Shown: positions 1 to 12,780 of the stretch, in pieces | Layout: every line of letters starts with the position of its first letter | Numbering within the stretch: the first letter of the stretch is position 1 | Source: Callorhinchus milii | Lineage: Eukaryota | Length of the DNA stretch: 64,000 nt | NCBI RefSeq assembly: GCF_018977255.1 | Contig: NW_024704743.1 | Coordinates: forward strand, 68,264,001-68,328,000 | Direction of reading: 5' to 3' | Notes under the pieces: generated by a model | The model's input: the letters and a program-made list of their open reading frames with translations, nothing else | Database searches by the model: none | What the model was told of the DNA's origin: nothing | Program-made: the position numbers and the translations under genes

Positions 1-1420
1 AGAAGAGAATAGAGTGATATAGGAGAGGGCAATAAGAGGGTTGGGGGCTCATGTGAAGTATAAAGTCCAGCACTGCCTGGTTGAGCCAGCTGAGCTAGTT
101 CTGTGCCGTATCATTGTGTATAATTATCAAAACACAAACGAATAGCTGAGAAAAGGAGAACAATCAAGAAGTACTGATTAAGCGACACCAAACTTGGATT
201 TTAAAAGGCTGTTCATTGTAGGAGGAAGGATAATTTCAACACAGTGAGGAAGGAAAGGGAGCTTGTTGGCCTATGTGTTTGGAGTTTGGAAAGAACAAAA
301 GAAAACGGATGAAAGGAGCAATAAATGTAGTAATTGCACTGAGTTGTTATCCAACATCAGTAGTGGCTTGTCTTAACGGTTGGCCAACAAATAACTTCTT
401 GATTAAATATTTCTTGATTTATGTCATAAATCAAGAAATAATCATTGATTTATGGAAAGTGCATGAGAGAATTATGCAAGGTGGTGTCAATGTCTACCAA
501 AAGGGCACAAAAATCACAAGAAGTATTTAGCTAGGGCTTAGAAGCAATACAACTCCACTGGAATTTTTTGAGGATGCAACTAAACTAGTGTACGAGAGCG
601 ACCCACTAGATACAATTATGCTTAGATTTTCAGAAGATTACTATGGCTCAGGACATGAATGGAAAATCAGTTAGAAGGTTGAAGCTGATGATGAGTGGAG
701 AAAGCTTTGTCTGTGGCAGCAACTAGTGAAGATGTGATGGGGTTCATTCTGGATTGCCAACTATTCATTCAACTTGCAGATGGTTTGTAGGAGAGAACTT
801 CTTCCATTACATTATTATGAAACTTGCAGATGACGCCTGGCTGTGAGAGCAAATGACAAATTTAAGGAAGATAAGCAGCATTCAGGGAGATCTAGATTGT
901 TAAGAAAATTGATTTTAAAAATTTGCATTGCAGCAGAAAAGTGCATAAATTGTTGGTTGTTGTAGCTTATACAAAAGGGATCCGTTAAGGAAGGTGGAGA
1001 AAGAAAATTATGTAAGTGTTATTGATCAATCGCTGAATGTTTCCAGGCAATGTGAAGTTTCTATCTACAAGCATATTTGGAAACATCTGAAGGGCATTTG
1101 ACTTTAATTGTTGTAAGTTACTCAACCCTAGATGGAATAATGATTTCATATTTGGAAAATTTAATCTATATAGAAGTATCTATCTTCAAAACAGGACATT
1201 GTCGTTGTGAGAAACTAGCATGGCTAAATACATTTTCATTTGGGAAAACAAAATTGAACAGAAACAAGATGCCAGCCTTTAAAATGCTGAGAGATAATAG
1301 ATGATGTAAAGGTAAGCAGGTTAGTTGGTTTACACTGTGAGCACAGATTTAAAAGTAAAATTAGCAAGCCTCAAGCAAGGTTTATAGATTACAACAAAGT
1401 TATTGTCATATGAAACTTAT
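1..1420 (+). mobile_element. Highly degraded CR1-clade LINE fragments (a 3' end at ~1-125 and an RT-region relic)
   Basis: ~558-635 reads LEFFEDATKLVYESDPLDTIMLRFS, a frameshifted relic of the CR1 LEFFE..T...D....D..YLDFQK motif; aaacttgcagatgac at ~820 resembles KFADD; many stops and indels. Confidence 0.55.
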
Positions 1421-1454
1421 CTGTGAATATGTTAAACACTCCCACCAAAAAAAA

Positions 1455-1745
1455 CAGCTAATGCTCTTTCAATTAACACCTTCAACAACAAAGTTTTAGC
1501 TGGTTTGACTCTAGCAGTACCCCAACTCACACTCAGGGTTCCCTTGGCTCTTGCCAACCTGTGCCTAATACTCTCCGGAATTAGGTAAGCAGGATGCATC
1601 CCTCCAGGGAGAGAGTGTACATTCAATTCCAACAATATATCTGTGGGATTTCAATGTAGAGATGGGATTTTCAGCTTGGTTTGGATGCTCTCAAGAACAT
1701 TGATGGGTTTCTGCATGTGTCAGACTCCTAGCTGACCAAAAATAA
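1455..1745 (+). repeat. Unclassified dispersed repeat 'A', copy 1
   Basis: Shares ttggctcttgccaa...aattaggtaagcaggat...ctgcatgtgtcagac...gctgaccaaaa with other loci in the window. Confidence 0.7.
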
Positions 1746-2605
1746 AAATTGTAATGCAGGTAACATCCCCATGAAACACCAAAATCATCAAGTGGAACAA
1801 TTATCATCGAGTTTGTTATAATTTTGGTTGAAGTAGAAACCCACCATATTAAAATATAGATATTTCCATGGGATTGTAATGTTTTACAATTTTAAGAACA
1901 CATTAAAACGTATTTTACAGATTTTGAAATGTTGGTTCTCAGCCATTACTTTTGCAACAGTGTGCCCTTATGAACAGCTGAAAATTGATCTGTAAAAGTG
2001 GAATTTCCGTTTGAATTCAATTCAGTATTGACATTTTCCAGTAAATAATTACNAAAAAAGTAACTCCAATTTAAATTATTATTTCACTGTTGCCCTCTTC
2101 TCCCAGCAAACGTATAATGATAATCCTTGTATTTGATATAGCACGTATGTTAAACAACATTTTGCAAATGCTGCAAAGTAATCGTTATAAAGTCAATTTC
2201 TATCTTCCTCCCTTGAACACAGTGCATTCTTTTTCTAATACAGGTCCCTCTTTGTGATTCTCCGTGTTTAGACTTCAATGCCTCCCTTATGTGTTCAAGA
2301 TTTAATTCTCTCACAGTTGGTTCTCAGCTCACATTCCCACTCCAATCAGCTCGAACCTTTCCAGTTAATTTATAACTTGCATTTACATAGCACCCCTGCA
2401 GGATAGTGAAGCCATCAAGAAGCAGCCCTCTGAACATTTGCACTAGTCTAGGTATTCCGAGTTCCATCAGTAGTGTGTTTTCAGTATTGGCCCAACATTT
2501 CCAGATTGAGTCTTACTAGACTTTTGAGCATTAGGATATTGGTTGCTAGCTTTGTCCGTGGGCGTAGCTTCAGTGTTAGTGGAGCACTTAAAAATATGAA
2601 AATAT

Positions 2606-2669
2606 CCAGCGCCTTAGGACATCCTCCCGACGTGAAAGGAGCTATACAAATGTAATTTTGTTGTTGTTG
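2606..2669 (+). mobile_element. Isolated L2 3' tail
   Basis: cagcgccttaggacatcctcccgacgtgaaaggagctatacaaatg followed by (TTG)n. Confidence 0.8.
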
Positions 2670-3021
2670 AAACATGAGCATTATCTGTGGTGTCACTCAT
2701 TTCCTTGAGGATTCTCAGGGGCATGTAATTCTGTGAGTATCTTCAAAGTACATGCCATAAAAATGTCAAATGCCCAAATTCTAGAATTCGAGTAGTTTCC
2801 ATTTTTGAAGAGTAATATTTAGAATTAACTTAACTTGTTATTACCCAATCAGGTGTAACATTCTTCCCAAGTATTCTGTAAACCACCATCCTTATCACAC
2901 TAAGGTTGAGAAAACACCTGTTAGGAAGGTGATAGTGAACTAACATGTAACCCTGCAAAACGCACCTTACAGTGTGAACTGAGCTTTCTCCAATGAATTG
3001 TGTGTACTGGTACACCGACTG

Positions 3022-3162
3022 AGGAGACTCTGGCTCCAAGGTGATCTAAGGTCATAGCCAAAGATTTGCAAGTCAACGTTATGGCTTTCCCTGCAGAAAA
3101 TATGACTTAAGTTGTGATATACCAGAAATTTCATCGCTTTCCTGACGAGTACTGTTTAACTC
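3022..3162 (+). repeat. Unclassified repeat 'B', left copy of an inverted pair
   Basis: Reverse-complement similarity to 4702-4848, including an exact 25-mer tggctccaaggtgatctaaggtcat. Confidence 0.75.
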
Positions 3163-3377
3163 ATACATAGAAATTAAGTGTAAATATTTGTTGATCATTA
3201 TAAGGTACTTTTTTAGATTATTCATTCACAATTAATTGTGTAAAGTTATTTTTTTATTGCAATAAGAGTTTTGAGTGCAATTTTGTTGAGCATTTAACCT
3301 AAAGCAGAAAGTGTTTTAAGAAAGCTTGACAAAATAAAAACAGATCAGCTGTATGGGAAAGGGCAGGTAATTAGGAC

Positions 3378-3712
3378 TGCCCTACCTCTGTGACCTCCTC
3401 AAACACTACCAGCCCGGTCTGCTTCACATCCCTCACTCTATCCGCCTCACCATTGGGGATTACGCTTTAAGCCTTTCTACCCACACTCTGGAACTCCATC
3501 CCAGAGACCCTACAACTCTCCACTTCCCTTGCCTCCTTCAAGATCCGCCTCAAGAGCTTCCTCTTTGACCGCACCTTTGGTAATTTTCCCATCCCCATCC
3601 CCTTGCCCCCACCCCCTCCGGCACTCCACCACCAGCTCGGGTGCATACCCTGGACTGTCCAGCTCCTTGGGACGTTCTCCCTATGTGAAAGACACATATA
3701 AACATTAAATGT
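3378..3712 (+). mobile_element. L2 LINE 3' fragment
   Basis: ccctacctctgtgacctcctc...ctctggaactccatccc...ttcctctttgaccgcacctttggt, then a tail with gggacgttctccc. Confidence 0.8.
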
Positions 3713-3880
3713 AATAATCCTTGCATTTGATAAAGTGCCTTATCACGTCTTCAAGACGTCTCAAAGCGCTTTACAGAATATTATGCATATTTTGCATATT
3801 TTGTGGGCGAAATGTGGCAACCAATTGCGGTGTCCCACAAACAGTTGTGGATTGACCGACCATATTATTATTTTTGGAGG
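3712..3880 (-). mobile_element. SINE 3' portion
   Basis: taataatccttgcatttgat...ctcaaagcgctttacag...tgtcccacaaacag is the reverse complement of the SINE 3' end. Confidence 0.75.
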
Positions 3881-3944
3881 GATTATTACCCTAGCTACAT
3901 CCAAAGTACTACTCTTTCTCCTACCCTTCAATTGAATTCACAAT

Positions 3945-4310
3945 TTTGTTTTGGTCAGCCAGATGTCTGACATATGCAGAAACTCATCATTGTGCTTAAG
4001 ACTGTCCAAGCCAAACAGAGCTCCATGCATCACACCTATACATGGAGATTCCAGAGATAGATCATTGGAATTGAATGCGCACTCTCTCCCTTGGAGGGAC
4101 GTATCCTGCTTCAGTGCATTGGGACATCCTCCCAATGTGAAAGGTGCTATACAAATGTAATTTTGTCGTTCTTACCTAATTCTGGAAAGTATTAGGCGCA
4201 GTTTGGCAAGAGCCAAGACTTGGGGACCCCAGAGTGGGCATTGGGTACTGCTGGTAACAAGCTAAAACAGCAAAGCATGCCATTCAAAGCACGTGAATTA
4301 ATTAAATAGC
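3945..4310 (-). repeat. Repeat 'A' copy 2, interrupted by a + strand L2 tail (~4112-4170)
   Basis: Reverse complement of 1455-1745; tcctgctt|L2 tail|cttacctaatt. Confidence 0.7.
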
Positions 4311-4701
4311 TACCTAATTCTCTCTTTAATTTGCTGACACAGAATGTCTCCACCATCTTCCTGGGTAGTCTATTCTAAGTCTATTCCAGATCTTCTGCAC
4401 TCTTTGAACTGTCTATTCACTACCCCTCTTCTGAGCTGGAGTCCATGCATTTGTGATAATTATGAATTATGAGACCAAAGAAAGGCATAGAATACTTACA
4501 GACTTATACAGAGGAGAAGGGATGATTCAAATTTGACACTTCCTAGAGATTCTTTGCTCTGATCATGGCTAAAGTTAATCAAATTTGAAGATGTCAAAGA
4601 AAAATAAAGTAGCTTGAGGCGATAAATATATTGTTGCAGACAGATAAGAAAGAACAAGCCCTGCTCAAAGATATTTTAAATTCTGCTGGTAGCACATTGT
4701 G

Positions 4702-4848
4702 GAGTCAAATAGGACTCATCGGGAAAGCGCTAGAATTCCTGGCATCTCACGACTTAAGCCATGTTTTCTTCAGGGAAAACTACGCATGTCACGTTGACTT
4801 GCAAGTCCCTGGCAATGACCTTAGATCACCTTGGAGCCAAAGTCTCCT
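4702..4848 (-). repeat. Repeat 'B', right copy of the inverted pair
   Basis: Reverse complement of 3022-3162. Confidence 0.75.
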
Positions 4849-4879
4849 GACTTTATAGACTAGTTATAATAATATATTA

Positions 4880-5245
4880 ATAATAATCTTTGCATTTGTT
4901 ATAGCACTTCCCATGTCAGGTGACTGTCCGAAAGAGCTTCACAGGATATACTGTAAAGTGCTGTGACTATCTGTTTTCTGGGCGAACGTAACAGCCACTT
5001 TGCATGCAGCAATGCCCCATAAACAGCTATGAAGTGAATGAGCAATTGTATTTGCATGATTGCATGACACCAGGCAAACCTCCCTTCTCTTTCTAAATAA
5101 TGCTATAGGATTGTTAACATCGACCTGAACAGGCAGAGGGGGCTTCATTTTAACGTCTCAGCCGAAAGATGGCACCTCAGCTTAGACTGTATAAGTCCTA
5201 AGTCCCGAAATGGGCCTTGAGCCCCCAACCTTCTGAGAGCAAGGC
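4880..5245 (-). mobile_element. tRNA-derived DeuSINE (SacSINE1-like), diverged
   Basis: Reverse complement contains the Deu-like gacgttaaa...ctgcctgttcaggtcgatgttaacaatcctatagca and an L2-like tail. Confidence 0.7.
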
Positions 5246-6319
5246 TATCACACAAAAAGTTACTGAATGAGTGCAATATCAGCCCCCTATGTCAATGGCA
5301 ATGATCATTATTATCCGTTGTCTAACCTTCAATTCCAGCCAAATTACCCTGGTCAAACGGTCAGGGTTTACTTATCCTCCTTTTATAAGGTTATAACCTC
5401 CTCTATATTGGTGTTAAAATGAGTGCGTCATTGCTGCAGTGGTACTAGAAAAGGCTTTGTGTCATTTTCTGCGAGAAATCCATTGTGTGGGACCCAAATT
5501 CATGAGACTTTTTGTCTAATGAGAACTCTCTTCCTTGTCAAACTCTTGTGAGACTGTGTGCTTTCCAGGAGATGACCCAGGGAAAATATATACATACAAA
5601 ATATATACATACATGGGTAGTGAATTGGGGGTGTGCACAGTGCAAACACTTTATAAGAAAATTCATGCTGTAGTGAATGCGTTGTAATGGGGGCTACATG
5701 GTACATTGAATTTGCCAGTATAGTGCCAGCTCCGCGTGAAGAAACTGTAAAGTTGCACAGTCTATTTGCATCTCTGTCGAGACCTCCACGCAAGGCATGC
5801 ACAGACTATGATTTGGGCACTCACTCGTCCTGCCACTATATTCTTCTGATTGAGAAGAGATTAATAAAGCCAGCTCTTTTCACTGAGAAGAAAATAGACT
5901 GACAAGCACAGAAGTCGCGGTGTTAAAGTGAAGATAATTAAAGGCAGAGTGTGTGTTGGTTGCAAAGAAAATCAATACATGCCCACCTCTTGGGAGTGGT
6001 TCCATTAATACAGCTACAATTGAAGTCAAGACATAACTGCACCTAAGTTACACTGAAACTATGGGCCAGCCTGAGAAATATTTAATTATGCAGTCTAGAG
6101 GAGGAATAAAATAATGGGGTTTTATTTACACTGAGGAACAAGGCTGAACATGGCTGCCATTTTAACATCTTTAAGTGCCTGCTTGTTTCATCTCCATTTG
6201 CACCTCATAAATCGTCAATAAAGTAAGTCACAATTATATTTGGGAGATTATTGGCCAGAGCAGCAATTTCTAAATAATCTTTAAACTCAACATAAAGACT
6301 TTGCTTTAATGCTTCTTTT

Positions 6320-6470
6320 GAAGGATAGCACCTCCAGCAATGTCACACACCTCCAGCCTGCATTGGAGTGTCAGCCTAGACTGTCAGTTCAAATTCCCAA
6401 TGTGGGGCTAGAACCCACAAACTTTTGACTCGGAGCCAAGATTGCTACCAATTGAGCCAGGCTGACATCT
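6320..6470 (-). mobile_element. DeuSINE 5' tRNA-derived head fragment
   Basis: Reverse complement: gatgtcagcctggctcaattggtagca...ttgtgggttctagccccac (A/B box-like). Confidence 0.65.
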
Positions 6471-6665
6471 TAACAATGCTTGCTTACCAGCCACATTTAC
6501 TGAAAAAGTGGAGATTCATACACTTTTGCCATCCTCAAAGGTCTATAATAGACATGTGAAATCTTTTTCTGGGAACTGACTGGAACACAAGCTGAATCGT
6601 GTTCACTGTGCAGTATTTTTGATGAATTTAAATATCTTTACAACATTCTATTTTTTATTCTGTAT

Positions 6666-8105
6666 AACAACAACAACAAAATTACATTAATAGAGCGCCT
6701 TTCACATCGGGAGGTCTCAAGGCGCTGAACAGTCAGGTATCGGTGCCCGAGCATGGGGGAGGGGTGGTGTAGAGCTGAGGGAAGGCAGAGAGGTGGGAGG
6801 GAGATCAAAGGCACGGTCGAAGAGAAAGGTCTTGAGAACAGCCTTGAAGGAGGCAAGGGAGGAAGCGAGGAGAAGGGACCGTGGGATGGAGTTCCAGAGT
6901 GTGGGGACAGAGAGGCTGAAAGCTTGGCCACCGATGGTAGGGTGGATCGGGCGGGAGACATGGAGCAGACCGGAGCCCCCTGAATGGAGGGAGGGGGCAG
7001 GTTGGTAGGGAGTCAGCAGGTCAGAGAGGTAGGAGGGGGCAAGGCCATGGATGGCCTTAAAGGTGAGGACGAGGATCTTGAACTCGATCCTCTGGGGGAT
7101 GGGGAGCCAGTGAAGTCGGGCGAGGGTGCGAGTGATGGGGTCATGGAGCCTGGTGCGTGAGAGTACACGAGCTGCAGGGTTTTGGATGATCTGCAGCTTG
7201 TGAAGGGAAGAGTTGGGACGGCCGATGAAGAGGGAGTTCCCATAATTGAGCCTTAATGTGACGAATGCGTGGGTGAGGGTTTTGGCAGCCTGAGGGGTGA
7301 GGCCATGGCGGAGTCCGGCAATGTTGTGGGGGTGGTGGTAGGCAGTGTCGGTTATGGAGCGGATGTGGAGCAGAAAGTACAGTTCAGGGTCAAACAAGAT
7401 ACCCAGGTTCCTGACTGGTTTAGTGAGATTGAGTGTGCAACCGGGGAGATGCGGAAGCGCTGGCACGAGCCAATCAGAAGGGCCTCGGTCTTGCTGATGT
7501 TCAGTTGGAGAAAATTGTCCCTCGTTCAGGACTTGATGTCAGACAGGCAGTCGGTCAGGACACCAGTGATCCTGGAGTTCAGGGTGGAGGCAGGGAGGTA
7601 GAGTTGGGTGTCATCCGCATACATGTGGAAATTTACCCCATGTCTGCGGATGATATCATCAAGGGGGAGCATGTAGAGGGTGAAGAGAAGGGGACCGAGG
7701 ACAGAGCCCTGAGGAACACCGCACAACACCATGCAGGGGCTGGAGGAGAAGCCGTTTGTCACTATGAAGTGGAGGCGGTGTGAAAGGTAGGACCTGAACC
7801 AGTCAAGGACAGAACCTTGAAGGTCGAGGTGGGAGGATTGAGTGGTCCACGGTGTCAAAGGCGGCGAGAAGTCGAGGAGGACGAGGAGGTAGAGGGAACC
7901 CTGGTCGCATATGGTCAGGATGTCGTTTGTGACCTTGACCAGAGCAGTTTCCGTGCTGTGGCCTGTGGGCAGCACGGAAATCCAATTGGAGGGGTACATG
8001 GAGGGAGGGAGAGGAGAGGGAAGCTGGGAGGCAATGGCTCTCTCAAAGAGACAGGAAGGGGAGATTTGAGATGGGCCGATAGCTAGATAGCTGTGATGGG
8101 TCGAG
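6666..8105 (-). mobile_element. 5'-truncated L2 LINE with broken reverse transcriptase ORF2
   Basis: ORF 7526-8146 has [23 protein letters not shown] and [11 protein letters not shown] 6717-7466 has LHWLPIPQRIEFK and LWNSIP; (CAA)n tail at ~6667-6680; frameshifts. Confidence 0.95.
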
Positions 8106-9094
8106 GGAAGGTTTCTACAAGGTGTTGTAAAAGATGTTGAGAACAAAATGTCACTGCTGGCTGCATCCTATTAACCAGAAGAGTAGCTGACAAAATTACA
8201 AATTTATAAAAAAGTAAAAAGTAAATGTAAATTATACAGATCAGGCTTCAACAGAGGTGAAATTGTAAATAGGTACTTGTGGAATTTTGCTCGACAGTCT
8301 GGGGTTGTTGATGGGGGAGCAGGATGACATTTTGCAGATGTACCCTTCAAGAAATGAAACAAATGTGGCTACAACAACTTTCATTTATATAGTGGCCTTC
8401 ACTCAGGATTGTGTGTCAGATACTACAAAATTATATTTGTATATCGTCTTTTACGTCAGGAGGATTACCGTGCATGATAGTGCATGATCTGTGGACAAGA
8501 GCTGATGGGCTAAATGCCCATTGTTTATTCTGTGCCTTCTTGAATTGCTGCGTTAATACACTAGGCTTGCCTGGTAATTAAAATAAAATGCAGTAACTGG
8601 AATAAGTCATCTGAGTTGTGGTGAGGCGATAGGGAAGCTGTGAATATTCACATTAATGAAGGTACAAGGGAAATCTTATGGAAGTATTCAAGATTCTACA
8701 GGGAAAGATAGACTCAACCCTAATTGAACATTTAGCATTGGCAAAACAAATTAGAAGACATTTGGGGACATGGACTCCAGCTCACAAGGCATGAGGTGAA
8801 CATATATATCAGACTATACTGCTTTAAAGAGAGAGTGGGGAATATATGAAATATACACCATGGAGGTGGGGGAGGCAAATTGTGTCAAATTCAAGGGGAA
8901 TTAAATAATAATAGCAATCCTTGAATTCGATATAGCGAGTGTAACATCAAATTTCACAAATGCTGTCAAGCATTGTCACTGCATTGTAGGCAAATGTGGC
9001 AGATAATTTGCATAGAGCAGATTCTACAAATAGAAATTTCTCTGGAAGATTGCTGGTCAGGACATATAAATAGCTATTTGATAAACAAATCTTT

Positions 9095-9165
9095 CAGTCT
9101 TGTTTGAGTACTCTTAAGCACGGAGATGGGTTTCTGCATGTGTCAAATACCAGGTTGACCAAAAG
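9095..9165 (+). repeat. Repeat 'A' fragment
   Basis: gatgggtttctgcatgtgtca...gttgaccaaaa matches ~1703-1742. Confidence 0.6.
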
Positions 9166-10455
9166 CGAAACAGGTTTTCAAATAAGCAGTTATATTTAGA
9201 CGGAAAGAAAATGGTCAAAATTGTTAAAATTATCTCAGAAGTACTCTCATTCAAGGAAAACATGTTAGGACACGAGTTTCTACTAGCACTGAGTATTGAT
9301 ATAACACGATAAACACTGTATTGTTTGGCAGCTTGACATGAACATAATACAATGCCATTTGTTTGCATTTTTATAAACACGCTGTGGCAGTAAATTGAAT
9401 TTGATAACTAAGTCACTGATTATGTAAACAAGTAACTGGTTGCAGCCAAGTAATTATTTGGGTTATTGCATATCAACAAAAGAGATGTTTGGGTTAATAA
9501 GTGTGCAGCATTGAAGGGCATTCAAACTTCTGAATGTTTTTACTATTTTGAAAGCTTTCATTGTATGGACTGCAGAGAAGAGTTAAAAACAATTGTCCAC
9601 AGAAAATCAATAATTGTTCTTTAACATCACAATTCACTTGACATATACATTTCTTTAAACGGAATACTGCATCAATGTGACACAAGCTAAATTTGTAATG
9701 CTGTCTTTATATTCTTGTTTGACGGCAAATAAACAAATGTGTTCTGTTCCTCGTAGGGCCACCACAGACTACATGTAGACACAGGGCTGGAAGGTAAATG
9801 GTGTGGACTCATTCCAGTGGGAGCTCCATGTAAGAGAGTGACAACTACTGGTCTCAAGTGGAATCTGAGTGAGTACAATCAATGACTTTACAGTTAGATG
9901 TGGCATGACATAGTTTGGGGTGCATTTATTCATTATAAATATACAAGGAGAACTATTGTGATTGATTGTTTGCAAGATTCAAGAGTTTTAGTATTGCAGA
10001 GTTTTTCCACATTCACTGCGGAGCAGTTTCAATAAGTATTTCTAGGGAGTTTGCCCTGTAGCTGAAAAAGGTAATTAAGGACTTGACTCCCAAGTAAGTA
10101 TCACAAATACGAATCTTGGGACTGCTTGGTACTTGTCCTTGCTTGCTTTAGATAAGTGAGATTCTCAGCCTCCAGCCGAGATGCTGTGTATAAAGTGATT
10201 TGATCTTGACTGGTGATAGAGCTTATGATGTCCAGCTCAGCTTGCTTTATACAATGGCAATGTAAATTAAAGAACAGCATTCATGGAGCTTCAGAGCAAT
10301 GTACATAGCATAGAAGGCTCCACATTTTTATCGAGGGAACTGCAAAAGTTGGCAAGTAGCCTGTATGATATGGAAGAGTAGAAGTTGTTCTAACAGCTGT
10401 CTTACGGCTTTCTGTGCAACTTAAGTGTTGGACACAGTCACTGTAAGCTGATTCA

Positions 10456-10500
10456 GTGAAAAGCGCTATATCAAATGCAAGGATTATTATTATTATTATT
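10456..10500 (+). mobile_element. 45-bp SINE 3' tail
   Basis: gtgaaaagcgctatatcaaatgcaagg(att)n is identical to the young SINE end. Confidence 0.85.
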
Positions 10501-10679
10501 CTATGCAACTTAAGTGTTGTACACAGTGACAGTATGAGTTCATGTTATTGGTTAACATTGTAGTCAATTTGTATTTTACCCATTATCTGCACTGCTTCCA
10601 TACCCAAAATGCGGACACTTGCATGTGGATATCAGGCTTTCTACTCATGTTCAATATTAGGTTCTGCCTCAAAACACAG

Positions 10680-11092
10680 ACCTTATATTTGATGTAGCAC
10701 TTTTCATGTCGGGAGGATGTTTCAAAGCGTTCACAGGATATACTGTGAAGTGTAATGACAATGTATTTGGTTTGCAAATGTGGCAGCCAATTTGCACACA
10801 ACAATGTCCCACAGACAGTCATGAAGTGAATGATTCATTTTATTTTGGGAGATTGCTGGCCAGGACACTGGGCGATACTCCCTTCTCTTTTCAATTAGTA
10901 TCATGGGATCTTTAGTATCCACCCGAACAGGCAGGTTTAAACGTGGGTTTAAGCCTACCTGTTCAGGTTAAACCTCTCATCCGAAGGAAGCCAGCTCCAA
11001 TGCAGCGTGCTCAATTCAAAATCCCAACATGAGGCTTGAACCCACAATCTTCAGAGCCAAGAGTGAAACTAACTGAGCCGTGCTGACACCCT
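10680..11092 (-). mobile_element. Near full-length DeuSINE (SacSINE1-like)
   Basis: Reverse complement starts gggtgtcagcacggctcagttag, with a B-box-like gggttcaagcc, a Deu segment and an L2-like tail. Confidence 0.8.
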
Positions 11093-11375
11093 TATAGAGG
11101 TATATGACATTTTAATTGGGAACAATACTTTTGGATCCACCAAGACAGTAGAAAAAGAAGACATAAGTTTAGAATTGCAGTTTCAGGGCAGATACTAGCA
11201 AGTATTTCATTACAACTGGAATAGGTTACCAGAAAGGTGGTTGAGCCCGGATGCTGGACTCGTTTATATAACAGCTTGATGATGTGATGGGAAGAATGTG
11301 GGTAGTCTGAAAGGATCAAATCAAATGCGCAGAAGGGCTTTCTTCATTCTAACCACTTTTGTGATTTTGTGATCA
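11092..11375 (+). mobile_element. CR1 3' end fragment
   Basis: cttatagaggtatatgacatttta...gaagggctttcttcattctaaccacttttgtgattttgtgat; similar to the end of the CR1 at ~26780. Confidence 0.55.
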
Positions 11376-11940
11376 TTGTTCATAGTCTTAGAAGTGTAGA
11401 CATGACCCTATCAAGAAGGCCAATAGCTGCACAAGTACCTCACTGAGTGGTTTTACCTTTAGTTAATTCTCTTCTGCTTGTGTCTTGAAAGACATTCCCC
11501 CTCCCCAAATGTGTGAAGTTGAACTGAGACCACTCCAAATATAGTGGCAACGAATTGCTTAGCAGGTGGCTGTTGATAGTGTTGCAATCACTATAGAGAT
11601 TTATGTTTTTTTTAATGGAATTAAATGGCTGTTAAAATTGGGCAGCAATTTCTGCACACTTCTAATTGAAATAGACATTTGTAAAGCTTTGGAAGATTTT
11701 GAAAACTGGCATAAAATTGTTGGGCAACAGATGGAAGAACTGATGTAGATTGACTGATAATTCCCCATGGGCAGTCTCTGAATGGTTAAGCAACATTTGT
11801 GGGGGTAAAAAAATCACTAAATTAAAAGGCTCCTTTTAACATTTTCATTAAGTTTGACACACTAAAATAGCTTTATGGTCTGGATCTCACCCAGAAATAC
11901 TCATAGATATTGTGCACTGAATGTAATATCTCAACTTTAA

Positions 11941-12780
11941 ACAGCAACAAAATTACATTTGTAAAGTGCCTTTCACCGTCAGGAGGACGTCCCAAGGCGC
12001 TGGATAGACAGAATTATGGATCCGAGCTGGGGGTCGGGGTCAGGGAGGGGGGAGAGTAGGGGGGGAAGAGGGTGATCAAAAGCGCAGTCGAAGAGGAGGG
12101 TCTTGAGATGGGTCTTGAAGGAGGCAAGGGGGGGTGCGAGGCGGAAGGACCGCGGGATGGAGTTCTAGAGTGTAGGGGCAGAGTGGCAGAAGGACCGCTC
12201 TCCAATAATGGGGCGAGCGAGGCGGGGGACGTGAAGCAGGCTGGAGTCGGAGGTCGCAGAGATGGGGGTAGCAAGACCATGGACGGCTTTGAAGATAAGG
12301 ATCAGGATCTTGAACTGTATCCTCTGTGTAATGGGAAGCCAGTGGAGTCGGGCGAGGATGGGAGTGATAGTGTCACGGTAGCTAGTGCAGGAGAAGACGT
12401 GGGCTGCAGAGTTCTGGATGATCTGCAGTCTATGGAGGGAGGAGTTGGGGAGGCCGACAAGCAATGAGTTTGCAAGCCTCGATGTAATGAAAGCATGTAT
12501 GAGGGTTTCAGTGGCCTGTGGTGTGAGTCAGTGGCAGAACTGGATAATGTTGTCGAGGTGGGGGAAGGCAGAGCGGGTCATGGTGCAGATGTGGGATAGA
12601 AAGGACAGTTGAGGGTCAAACAAGACCTAAAGGTTCCAGACTGGCTTATCAAGGTGGAGTGTGCAACCATGGATGGTGATGCTGTCAGCGCCTGAGGTGA
12701 GGAGGCTCTGACGGAGCCAATCAGGAGAGTCTCGGTCTTGTTGACGTTCAACTGAAGAAAATTAGCTCTCCAGGACATGA
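11941..12780 (-). mobile_element. 5'-truncated L2 LINE
   Basis: ORFs NFLQLNVNKTETLLIG and LHWLPITQRIQFK; tail aggaggacgtcccaaggcgct. Confidence 0.9.

Noticed and set aside
2053..2053. Single N base
   Set aside because: Assembly ambiguity, not biology.
3140..3180. ctgacgag hammerhead-like motif in repeat B
   Set aside because: No properly placed stem II-GAAA-stem III, and the partner copy reads ccgatgag.
6717..8146. Longest ORFs (249 aa and 206 aa) as a host gene or active retroelement
   Set aside because: They are frameshifted, 5'-truncated L2 ORF2 pieces with no endonuclease domain or ORF1.
9757..9793. Possible 37-nt exon (tcgtag|...gaag|gtaaat)
   Set aside because: Splice-like signals only; not frame-preserving and no recognisable peptide.
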